Shown here piece after piece: positions 30,050 to 37,972 of a stretch of 64,000 bases of DNA. How positions within the stretch are numbered: the stretch's first letter is position 1; each line of letters begins with the position of its first letter. Under the pieces are notes generated by a model that was not told where the DNA came from, did not search any database, and saw nothing but the letters and a program-made list of their open reading frames with translations. Location of the stretch: sequence record OQ722176.1, one strand, 5' to 3'. Position numbers and translations under genes: made by a program.

Positions 30050-30657
30050 TGTGTGGATTATTTGCTGCTAGAAGCAAGCAAGAGCTTATTGAATTGTCAA
30101 AAAGCAATATCCATCGTGGTTCTCGTACTCACTCTGTGAGTACGTTTAAGAACGGTCGTGTGACTATTCATAAGTTCACGGGTGCATTCGACCCAACTAA
30201 TGTGCCAGATAGTGCAGATTTCTATATCTGTCACGTTCAAGCACCAACTGGTACTAGTGCGCAAGCACACCCAGCGATTGTAACAATCGAAGAGAACGGT
30301 CAGTTACACGATTCACACGTGTGGCATAATGGCATCCTCAAAGATCATTACATGAAAAAGCAGACTCAAACGTGGGATACTGCACACATTGCTGAAGCTA
30401 TTTGCTACAACAAACTGAGTGAACTTGATGGTACGTTTGCGTGTTTTCACTTCATTAACGGCAGTTTGCGCGTGTTTCGCAATGAAATCAGCCCGTTATT
30501 CATGAACGAAGACGGTACAGCATTCAGTAGCACAAGAACTATTCTAACGCCTGATCATGTTGAGCCAAATAAATTGTTTAACATCGACTTGAAGACGTTT
30601 AGAATGTCTCTAGTAAGCGAGTTCAAGACTCGCGAAAATCCATATTTCTTTATGTAA
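30049..30657 (+). CDS. Class II glutamine amidotransferase
   Basis: MCGLF N-terminal Cys, HRG, WHNGI, DGTFA; coupled to queC. Confidence 0.75.
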   Translation: MCGLFAARSKQELIELSKSNIHRGSRTHSVSTFKNGRVTIHKFTGAFDPTNVPDSADFYICHVQAPTGTSAQAHPAIVTIEENGQLHDSHVWHNGILKDHYMKKQTQTWDTAHIAEAICYNKLSELDGTFACFHFINGSLRVFRNEISPLFMNEDGTAFSSTRTILTPDHVEPNKLFNIDLKTFRMSLVSEFKTRENPYFFM

Positions 30658-30666
30658 GGTAACATC

Positions 30667-30942
30667 ATGATTGAAGTGAATATTGACGACTTGCTGAAAA
30701 ACGGCAAAGTCACATTTGAATTTGAAAAAGCAGACGGGTCGGTAAAGACCGTAACTGGTACTCGTAATCTCGACTTCATCCCTGCTGAGTTTCACCCGAA
30801 AGACAAGCCTTTAGCTGAAGGCGAAGCGCCAAAAGAAAAGACTGAAAAGCAGAAAGCTACTTGTGGTTATTTCGACTTAGAAGCTAACGGCTGGCGTTCA
30901 TTCAAACGAGCGAATCTACGCGAAGTGAAATCGTTTGTATAA
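30667..30942 (+). CDS. WYL_2/SH3-like beta-barrel protein
   Basis: FEFEKADGSVK..GT..YFDLEANGWRSF. Confidence 0.65.
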   Translation: MIEVNIDDLLKNGKVTFEFEKADGSVKTVTGTRNLDFIPAEFHPKDKPLAEGEAPKEKTEKQKATCGYFDLEANGWRSFKRANLREVKSFV

Positions 30943-31144
30943 CGATCCTTTTGCTGAACTATTGCGCGTCGGACAGTGGATTGTTCACAAGAAGACGGGC
31001 AATGTGTATACAGTAATGGGTAAAGGCAAACTCAAGTTCGACGGTAAATGGTACAACGCTGTCACTTACACGAACGAACAAGGCGAAGTATACACAAGAA
31101 AATACGACGACTTTCTCGGGTTTGAACTAAATTGTCCGCACTGA
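30935..31144 (+). CDS. DUF1653-like protein
   Basis: HKKTGNVY..VTY..YTRKYDDF. Confidence 0.55.
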   Translation: MYNDPFAELLRVGQWIVHKKTGNVYTVMGKGKLKFDGKWYNAVTYTNEQGEVYTRKYDDFLGFELNCPH

Positions 31145-31238
31145 GAGACATGTCGCAGTGCGCTGATAAAACAGCGATCAACAAATAGGAGTGATGGGCC
31201 CTAACTCATCATCTATCAACTTTCGTGAGATCTATATA

Positions 31239-31445
31239 ATGGCTACAGACAAAGAACTACTAGACGACGTAAACAACTTCTGGATTGGTTGGGATCAACG
31301 CGGTCCCGAAAGTCGTGAATACGACGTTGAACACGGTAATATGCGTAAGAAATGTCGTGAATTTGAAGAGCGTAAGAAAGCTACAGATGAGCGAGTTTCA
31401 GCATTTGAAGAAACACGAAACAAATATAAAAGGCGAGAAAAATGA
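31239..31445 (+). CDS. Hypothetical protein
   Basis: ORF coupled to gp31. Confidence 0.55.
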   Translation: MATDKELLDDVNNFWIGWDQRGPESREYDVEHGNMRKKCREFEERKKATDERVSAFEETRNKYKRREK

Positions 31446-31789
31446 CACTGAAAGCATTTGCTTTAGGCGAACAAATCATCATTGACACAAAAGCAATCAA
31501 AGAAGGTGAAGAAATCACTTCAGCGGGCGGCATCGTTATCGGTCGTGCGACTCAAGGTGAAGTTCCTCTTCACGGTGTTGTGATTTCAGTCGGCGAAGAC
31601 GTTGACCAAGACGTAATCAGAGTCGGTGATACAGTTCTATTGCCTCAAGGCAGTATGAAGAACGTACCTGATCCGCGCATTATCGCAGGTTTAATGAAGC
31701 AAGACGCACAAGATCGTGCTCTTTGGGTTCACACGCACTACAAAAACGTAGCTGCTGTCTATCGTGAGGTAGAGGATGCAGACGTTTAA
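31442..31789 (+). CDS. 31: Co-chaperonin gp31 (GroES-like)
   Basis: ALGEQII, TSAGGIVIG, GVVISVG, VGDTVLLP. Confidence 0.85.
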   Translation: MTLKAFALGEQIIIDTKAIKEGEEITSAGGIVIGRATQGEVPLHGVVISVGEDVDQDVIRVGDTVLLPQGSMKNVPDPRIIAGLMKQDAQDRALWVHTHYKNVAAVYREVEDADV

Positions 31790-31994
31790 GCAATTCAATG
31801 AAATGACTAACGCATCACCCGCGAAGGGTGATCGCGTAAGCGTTGAAAGTGATCGTATCATCGACAACGGACCCTGGTCTGCGACAATTGATGATGTTCT
31901 TGAGAACAACACGTTCTCAATTTACGAAGGCGAATATGAATTTTTGCCTGAGAATCTAACCAAAATTAGAGAAGGGGTTTGGTCTCATGAATGA
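31776..31994 (+). CDS. Small protein with CTS-like N-terminus
   Basis: MQTFKQFNE; SD GAGG. Confidence 0.55.
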   Translation: MQTFKQFNEMTNASPAKGDRVSVESDRIIDNGPWSATIDDVLENNTFSIYEGEYEFLPENLTKIREGVWSHE

Positions 31995-32376
31995 TGATTT
32001 ACGAATGATTGTATTATCCGCGACTGGATATTACAGCAATGCGACTGCTGCACATACGTGCTGGGTTACCAAAGAGTTTGCAGAGAAGTACGAAGACGTG
32101 ATTTACGCATTTGACTTTTCATTCTCTGACTTAGACGGTAAGCACTCTGAAACAGAAGCTGAAGTCGGCATTTACTCTGATCAGCGTGACATGGCTCTTG
32201 CGTGGAGTGATTCACAAGGTGAGTGTTGGGGAATTACCGAAGCAATGTTCGATAATGATGAATTCGAAAACGAAGACATTGAAGAAATGATCGCGTTGAA
32301 CGAAGACATGAACAACACGATTGAAGTCAAGACACAAACAATCATCACAATTGGTACTGAAACTATCGTTGTATAA
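31987..32376 (+). CDS. Hypothetical acidic protein
   Basis: ORF. Confidence 0.6.
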   Translation: MNDDLRMIVLSATGYYSNATAAHTCWVTKEFAEKYEDVIYAFDFSFSDLDGKHSETEAEVGIYSDQRDMALAWSDSQGECWGITEAMFDNDEFENEDIEEMIALNEDMNNTIEVKTQTIITIGTETIVV

Positions 32377-32405
32377 TTCAGCGAAAAGTGAAAGTATAGT
32401 TACAC

Positions 32406-32430
32406 AAAAGGGAGCTAATGCTCCCTTTTT
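32406..32430. terminator. Bidirectional terminator
   Basis: A4-GGGAGC-TAAT-GCTCCC-T5. Confidence 0.85.
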
Positions 32431-32431
32431 G

Positions 32432-32941
32432 CTATTCATCATCTTCCGCATAACCATATTTGTTGTTATCAAAGTCACAACGTGGGTTATGTAAGAAACT
32501 CTTCCTATAAAGCTTTTCCAAATCACTCTTCTTAGCGTTATCTGAGTACTTAATACCTAGACTGTCCAAATGTTCCTTTTGCTCTTGCAGCTTCAATCGA
32601 CTGAAGATCTTAGTTTGGTCTTTTGGATGCTGTGGGTGATAGTCGTTGTCTGAGTAATCAGCTTCTAGGTAATCTACTAGATTGCGTAGCCATTGAATGT
32701 AATCAATGCCACGACCTTTCAGACCAGAACGTGTGAACTTGTGAATCACAACGCCCTCATATGTATTGCAAGCCCGACAAAGAACACCGCGAATGTGACC
32801 AGTATTGTGGTCATGGTCAGTGTGTGGAGTGCTCTTCTCGTCGCTCAACTTCGTTCCGCATAGCACGCAACGGTCAAGTTGGCTCATGATTAATTCGTTA
32901 CGACATTCGGTAAGGTCAGATTGTTTTAATTGCTTGCTCAT
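32432..32941 (-). CDS. 49: Endonuclease VII (Holliday junction resolvase)
   Basis: CVLC..DHDH.TGHIRGVLCRACNTYEG; TATAAACA at 32973-80 minus. Confidence 0.85.
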   Translation of the reverse strand: MSKQLKQSDLTECRNELIMSQLDRCVLCGTKLSDEKSTPHTDHDHNTGHIRGVLCRACNTYEGVVIHKFTRSGLKGRGIDYIQWLRNLVDYLEADYSDNDYHPQHPKDQTKIFSRLKLQEQKEHLDSLGIKYSDNAKKSDLEKLYRKSFLHNPRCDFDNNKYGYAEDDE

Positions 32942-32959
32942 CTTTTTCTCAAAAAGTTA

Positions 32960-32988
32960 TTGACTGTGCTATTGTTTATATGTACAAT
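32960..32988 (+). promoter_or_regulatory. Early promoter overlapping the gp49 leader
   Basis: TTGACT-17-TACAAT. Confidence 0.7.
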
Positions 32989-33018
32989 GAGAAGGCAATT
33001 TCTAATAAGGAAATAATC

Positions 33019-33273
33019 ATGAACGCAAGACTAATAAGACAAAGACTTGAAACACTCGCGTTATGCGATTTTAGTTCAGTCGAAGTTCGTTACTTTGAAA
33101 GCGGAAGTGAACGATACAAAACATCCGAATGGAAATTCGATGTGAACCCCGAATCAACCATCGTTATCATGTCAGATAATGACGGTCGTGTTGCATACAC
33201 TGATTCGGACATTGAAAAACAAATCGAGATTCTTGAAGAACTCGCACACCAAGAACGTTACATGGGAATTTAA
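33019..33273 (+). CDS. Hypothetical protein
   Basis: SD AAGGA. Confidence 0.6.
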   Translation: MNARLIRQRLETLALCDFSSVEVRYFESGSERYKTSEWKFDVNPESTIVIMSDNDGRVAYTDSDIEKQIEILEELAHQERYMGI

Positions 33274-33275
33274 AC

Positions 33276-34262
33276 ATGAGCTTTGTGAAATACACATCAT
33301 TAGAAAATAGCTACCGTCAAGCATTCGTAGACAAATGTGACATGCTAGGCGTACGTGATTGGGTAGCACTTGAAAAACTACACGGCGCAAACTTTAGCTT
33401 TATCGTTGAATTCAACGGAGAGTACACTGTAACGCCCGCTAAACGTACTTCTGCTATCGGCGCTAATGCTACGGGCGATTACGACTTCTACGGCTGTACG
33501 AGCGTTGTAGAAGCTCACAAACCGAAAGTAGAAGCAGTCGCGAACTACTTGTGGGCACGTGGTATCGTCGGTGACGGTGAAACTGTTATCGTTTATGGTG
33601 AACTAGCAGGTAAAGGCGTTCAGAAAGAAGTTAACTACGGTGACAAAGACTTCTGGGCATACGACATCTACGTACCAGAGCGTGAAGTATTTCTTGATTG
33701 GGATGACGTGCTAGACGCATGTCGCTTCGCTGAGATCAAGACGACTCATGAAATGGCACGTGGCACTCTTGTAGAGTTGCTAAAAATCGACCCACTGTTT
33801 AAGAGCTTTCACACGCCCGTAGAGCACGAAGGCGATAACGTAGCAGAAGGGTTCGTTGTTAAGCAATTGACCGCTGAGAAACGCTTACACAACGGTTCTC
33901 GTGCGATTCTGAAGGTCAAGAACGAAAAGTTCAAAGAGAAGAAGAACAAAGCTGGTAAAACTCCGCGTTCTGCCGTCGTGTTGACTGAAGAGCAAGAGAA
34001 GCTACACGCTGAATTTAGCTGCTACTTGACAGAAAACCGTTTACGCAACGTACTAAGTAAGCTTGAAACTGTGACACAAAAACAGTTCGGGATGGTCAGC
34101 GGTTTGTTCATCAAAGATGCCAAAGATGAGTTTGAGCGTGACGAACTTAACGAAACGGCAATTTCTCGTGATGATTGGGACGTGATCAGGCGTTCACTAA
34201 CGAATATCGCCAATGAAATTTTACGCAAGAACTGGATTGATATTCTCGACGGGAATTTCTAA
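33276..34262 (+). CDS. rnl2: RNA ligase 2
   Basis: YTSLENSY, EKLHGANFS, GELAG, AEGFVVK, ILKVKNEKF. Confidence 0.93.
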   Translation: MSFVKYTSLENSYRQAFVDKCDMLGVRDWVALEKLHGANFSFIVEFNGEYTVTPAKRTSAIGANATGDYDFYGCTSVVEAHKPKVEAVANYLWARGIVGDGETVIVYGELAGKGVQKEVNYGDKDFWAYDIYVPEREVFLDWDDVLDACRFAEIKTTHEMARGTLVELLKIDPLFKSFHTPVEHEGDNVAEGFVVKQLTAEKRLHNGSRAILKVKNEKFKEKKNKAGKTPRSAVVLTEEQEKLHAEFSCYLTENRLRNVLSKLETVTQKQFGMVSGLFIKDAKDEFERDELNETAISRDDWDVIRRSLTNIANEILRKNWIDILDGNF

Positions 34263-34264
34263 TA

Positions 34265-34459
34265 TTGAAAAAGCGTGCGTGGTTCTTTGTTTTCTGTGGG
34301 ATCGGTGCAATAAGCTACTTCGGTGGCTTATTCTTAGCGTCGCTATTGATCTCTGGGTCTATCGAAGTGTCATTAATGTTCATCGGACTCGTTTTTCTAG
34401 CTCTATTAAATACAATCAGAGCGGGCATCGAAGACGATGAAAACAACAAAGCCCCTTAA
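34265..34459 (+). CDS. Two-TM membrane protein
   Basis: TTG start; hydrophobic. Confidence 0.5.
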   Translation: MKKRAWFFVFCGIGAISYFGGLFLASLLISGSIEVSLMFIGLVFLALLNTIRAGIEDDENNKAP

Positions 34460-34472
34460 TTGGGGATTTTTT
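34448..34472 (+). terminator. Intrinsic terminator
   Basis: CCCC-TTAATT-GGGG plus T tract. Confidence 0.7.
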
Positions 34473-34486
34473 ATGGGTGAAATAAA

Positions 34487-35026
34487 ATGGCACTGATTAA
34501 AAAAGAAAAAGACACCAAAGACATCACAGAAGCAGATATGCAGTACGCAATAGCAGTACAAAGCGTATGGATTAACAAGCGATACACAGCGATTGTACCA
34601 AACTGCTACACCAAATGGGATAACGAAGCAGATTTACTTGCTATTCGACCAAGTGGGCTTTATGATGAGATCGAAATCAAGGTGTCCAAAGCAGACTTTC
34701 GAATCGACGAACAGAAGTCGGTCAAAGTGATTGATGAAAGCACACCAAATCTTCGTTGGCATCGTTATGAAGACGTTCCAAAACGCACAGCACTGCAAGA
34801 TGGTAAAATGTCGAACTACTTCTGGTATGCATTCCCTAAAGGGCTTGTAGACCATGCTGAAGTCCCAGAATGGGCAGGTATCATCGAAGTTGATGGTTAT
34901 CTAAATGCCAGAGAAGTTAGAATGCCAAAGAGACTTCATGGTCGAAAGATGACAATCGAAGAGCAGTTAAAACAAATCAAGAAGCTAGGTTACAGATTTT
35001 GGAATCTAGTTAAAAAGAACCGATAA
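34487..35026 (+). CDS. MmcB-like PD-(D/E)XK nuclease
   Basis: EADLL..EIEIKVSKADFRID, FWYAFP. Confidence 0.7.
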   Translation: MALIKKEKDTKDITEADMQYAIAVQSVWINKRYTAIVPNCYTKWDNEADLLAIRPSGLYDEIEIKVSKADFRIDEQKSVKVIDESTPNLRWHRYEDVPKRTALQDGKMSNYFWYAFPKGLVDHAEVPEWAGIIEVDGYLNAREVRMPKRLHGRKMTIEEQLKQIKKLGYRFWNLVKKNR

Positions 35027-35041
35027 GACAAGGAATTAACA

Positions 35042-35350
35042 ATGCAATCATTCAAATATTTTTTAGCAGAAGCGCAAAACGTGTATGAACTACCTGCTGG
35101 GTATGAAGTATTCGGTCTGGTAAATGTAGATGGTAAAGAGGTTGAGCTTCATTCAGACGATGTGATGCGTGACGAATTGACAAGAATTGCCAACGCACGT
35201 AACGTAGCTATCGCAACTGGTGGTGTTTCTTCAGAAGAAGCAGGTGTATTAATCACCAAAGGCGGGAAAGAAGTTGATTACTTCCCGCATGAAGATAAAG
35301 CCAGTGGACCACGCTTGAAAAACTTCGTGAAACGTCACTTCAAGGTCTAA
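35042..35350 (+). CDS. Small protein with CTS-like N-terminus
   Basis: MQSFKYFLAEA. Confidence 0.6.
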   Translation: MQSFKYFLAEAQNVYELPAGYEVFGLVNVDGKEVELHSDDVMRDELTRIANARNVAIATGGVSSEEAGVLITKGGKEVDYFPHEDKASGPRLKNFVKRHFKV

Positions 35351-35385
35351 CAGAAACGGATAAGGCGGAAAAATTCCGCATCATC

Positions 35386-35439
35386 TTAGTAGAATTAGTA
35401 GTTTTAGTGAAGTTAGAGGTATTAGTAGTATTAGGGGAC
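35386..35439. repeat. Six tandem 9-mers beginning TTAG
   Basis: TTAG at 35386, 35395, 35404, 35413, 35422, 35431. Confidence 0.8.
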
Positions 35440-35490
35440 TGAAAATAACTTGAAAAAGTTGTTGACAGTCCCCTTTTTTGATCATAATAT
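35433..35490 (+). promoter_or_regulatory. Long terminator hairpin containing -35 of an early promoter
   Basis: GGGGACTG...CAGTCCCC-T6 with inner GAAA loop; TTGACA 35462-67, TAATAT 35485-90. Confidence 0.65.
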
Positions 35491-35515
35491 ACAGTCCTTG
35501 AAGCAATTTATGTGA

Positions 35516-36052
35516 GTGAAGACTATGAACTTGAGTGAACGTGAAGAAGAGCTAAAAGCATTAGCTATCGACCATGTATCTGACGATGAAGTTGCTGTCA
35601 CCGTTTCATGTGCTGGTATGAGTAATTACTACACTGTTTGCCCATCTGAGTTCAAAGACTTTTTGGACAACCATGAGGGTACAGCTTATGTAGCATTTGA
35701 ATGGCACAACATCCCAAATGATTTACAAGACGAAGAACTAGACTTCGATGGTATACTTGCTTGGTTTGACCTTGATGAATCAGAGCGTGAGCTTTGCGAA
35801 TTCATCTATGATCAGAACATTTGCATGTCGTACGAAGATGCAGCCGAGAAGATTCAAGATTGTTGGGTATTCGAAGGTACGTCTGAAGACTATGCACAGC
35901 ATGTAGTCACTGAGCTAATGGGTATCAGCGTTGATGATATGCCAACTATCTTGAGCAGCAACATTAACTGGGGTGATGTATTCATCGACCTTGAAGTAGA
36001 TGGTAACATCTATGAAATGTCGCGAGACAAATACTTAACAGTAAATGGTTAA
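35516..36052 (+). CDS. ArdA-like antirestriction protein
   Basis: Highly acidic; VFEGTSEDYAQ..NINWGDVFIDL resembles ArdA C-terminus. Confidence 0.6.
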   Translation: MKTMNLSEREEELKALAIDHVSDDEVAVTVSCAGMSNYYTVCPSEFKDFLDNHEGTAYVAFEWHNIPNDLQDEELDFDGILAWFDLDESERELCEFIYDQNICMSYEDAAEKIQDCWVFEGTSEDYAQHVVTELMGISVDDMPTILSSNINWGDVFIDLEVDGNIYEMSRDKYLTVNG

Positions 36053-36625
36053 ATGAGTAGCACAAAAGGTAATGTCAATAAAGACGATTACTACGCTACG
36101 CCAGACTGGATAGTTGAAGAGTTTCTTCAAGCGTTTGAAGCGCGTATTCAACCTGATAAGAGCATGGCAGAAATGTACGTGCTCGATCCATCATGCGGTG
36201 GATGTTCAGAGCATAAAGCAGCTTATCCAGTAGCATACAAGAACTTGTATCATGTCGATATAGACACAATGGACATTCGTGAAGATAGTCATGCTAACAT
36301 CATTGCAAACTATCTTGAAACGACTGTTCAGAAAGACTACTACGACATGATCATGACTAATCCGCCATTTAGCTTGTCAGTTGGTTTTGCTGAGAAAGCA
36401 ATTTCAGAAGTACAAGACAATGGTTATGTAGTCATGCTGCAACGTCTAAACTGGCTAGGTAGTATCAAACGAAAGCCTTTCTGGGACATCATGCCCCTGA
36501 GAGCAGTGATGGTTCACCATCGTAGACCATCATTTCACGGTACAAAAGGCACAGACTCTATTGAGTACGCACACTTTGTATTTCAAAAAGGTTACACAGG
36601 TAAAGCGGAGTTAATGGTAATATGA
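36053..36625 (+). CDS. DNA N6-adenine methyltransferase
   Basis: DDYYATP, LDPSCG, TNPPFS. Confidence 0.85.
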   Translation: MSSTKGNVNKDDYYATPDWIVEEFLQAFEARIQPDKSMAEMYVLDPSCGGCSEHKAAYPVAYKNLYHVDIDTMDIREDSHANIIANYLETTVQKDYYDMIMTNPPFSLSVGFAEKAISEVQDNGYVVMLQRLNWLGSIKRKPFWDIMPLRAVMVHHRRPSFHGTKGTDSIEYAHFVFQKGYTGKAELMVI

Positions 36626-36831
36626 TTACTACAGTTGAAACTTACGACGGTCTATTAGACACATTCGAGCACCCACAACGCATGAAAATCGTCACTGGTG
36701 AAGTTCACTATTCGATTTTTGGCATTCAAGTGCTACGTCGCCCATGCGAACTATTGCTAGAGACTTACTTGGTTTCAACTGACTCCACTCTAGGCGATGT
36801 GTACATGTGGCACGTGGCGAAACGTTTATGA
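36622..36831 (+). CDS. Hypothetical protein
   Basis: Coupled ORF. Confidence 0.5.
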   Translation: MITTVETYDGLLDTFEHPQRMKIVTGEVHYSIFGIQVLRRPCELLLETYLVSTDSTLGDVYMWHVAKRL

Positions 36832-37214
36832 GAAAATTATTAAGGAAACTTATGCGAGATTTCACGGTTAATATGAGTTCAAATTCAGGTACTGTTAAAG
36901 TAAATGGTCAAGTGTATCACGGCAAGAGCGTGACAATCAACAATGGTCAAGTCGTTGTCGATGGTCGCCCTCAAGGCGAAGTGAACGAACATATCATCAA
37001 TGTATACGTTGAAGGTGATTGTACGCTTGTTCAGAACACAAACGGCGATATTAAAGTCAACGGATCAGTTGCAGGTGATGCTGAAACGACTAACGGCGAC
37101 ATCGAAATTGATGGTTACGTGGGTGGTAATGTTAAGTCGCACAACGGCGATATTCGCTGTGGCGTCGTGCATGGCAATGTTAGCAATCACAATGGGGATG
37201 TTAATCACCGATGA
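36828..37214 (+). CDS. Beta-solenoid repeat protein
   Basis: Repeated NGD(I/V) units. Confidence 0.65.
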   Translation: MRKLLRKLMRDFTVNMSSNSGTVKVNGQVYHGKSVTINNGQVVVDGRPQGEVNEHIINVYVEGDCTLVQNTNGDIKVNGSVAGDAETTNGDIEIDGYVGGNVKSHNGDIRCGVVHGNVSNHNGDVNHR

Positions 37215-37480
37215 GCGAGACACGAATCCAAACAGTGATCAATGATGCTGTTGATAAAATCGAAGCTGGGTCAACGAGTTCGTACAGCGTGCAAGAGTTT
37301 ACGCCATGTGATGTCGTGAACTACATGCAAGAACTTGGGTATGAAGCTCAAGACCTTGAAACAAACGGTTGGCAAGTTGACTTCTGGCAAGATTTCACCA
37401 AAGAAAACTGTAAGACTATCTGCTTTGCAGGTAGTTGGTACTTCGGTAATGCGACGTTAAGTGAGGCATACAATGATTAA
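37211..37480 (+). CDS. Hypothetical protein
   Basis: ATGA coupling. Confidence 0.6.
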   Translation: MSETRIQTVINDAVDKIEAGSTSSYSVQEFTPCDVVNYMQELGYEAQDLETNGWQVDFWQDFTKENCKTICFAGSWYFGNATLSEAYND

Positions 37481-37772
37481 ACAATTTGATTTCTTCGGTC
37501 GTCCAATTAAAGACGGTGACTTTGTTCTTCGAGCTAAGAACGCAGGTCGTTCGTATACAATGAATGTATTGCTTGTCGTTGATTTAGACGATGGTAAGCG
37601 CAAGTACATTGAATTGAGTTCACGTAGCAACTACGTAAGCAAAAACGCTAAGTTACCAAGCGGTGGTTCTTCGACTATCATCGAGGCGAGCGTGGTAGAG
37701 AAGTCATTCCCTGATGCATATCGCGCTGCATTGCAAGAAGCTGAACTTCTTCGCACGCCAATCCCTCGATAG
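37473..37772 (+). CDS. Hypothetical protein
   Basis: DFFGRPIKDGDFV; SD GAGG. Confidence 0.6.
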   Translation: MIKQFDFFGRPIKDGDFVLRAKNAGRSYTMNVLLVVDLDDGKRKYIELSSRSNYVSKNAKLPSGGSSTIIEASVVEKSFPDAYRAALQEAELLRTPIPR

Positions 37773-37775
37773 TGC

Positions 37776-37803
37776 TTGACACATGTTGTCAGTCGTGTAT
37801 AAT
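37776..37803 (+). promoter_or_regulatory. Consensus sigma70 promoter upstream of rII
   Basis: TTGACA-16-TATAAT. Confidence 0.75.
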
Positions 37804-37827
37804 TCTCTTAAAACCAAGGAGAGCAAT

Positions 37828-37965
37828 ATGATTGACAACATGATAAAAGACATGATTGAGTCTGAACTTGAGTTCAATGACATTCTTGATTGTCTGATTA
37901 ACCAGTACAATGTACCTCACGATGAAGCAGTAGACGCGATTCACGAGGTAATTAACGAAATGTGA
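37828..37965 (+). CDS. Small acidic protein
   Basis: SD AGGAG. Confidence 0.55.
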   Translation: MIDNMIKDMIESELEFNDILDCLINQYNVPHDEAVDAIHEVINEM

Positions 37966-37972
37966 GAAATAC

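Noticed and set aside
31141-31170. Hammerhead ribozyme core (CTGA motifs)
   Set aside because: Neither CTGAGAG nor CTGATAA fits CUGANGA and there is no matching GAAA arrangement
31145-31180. GTCGCAGT resembling a preQ1-I riboswitch loop
   Set aside because: No P1 stem in the right register and it lies downstream of the que genes
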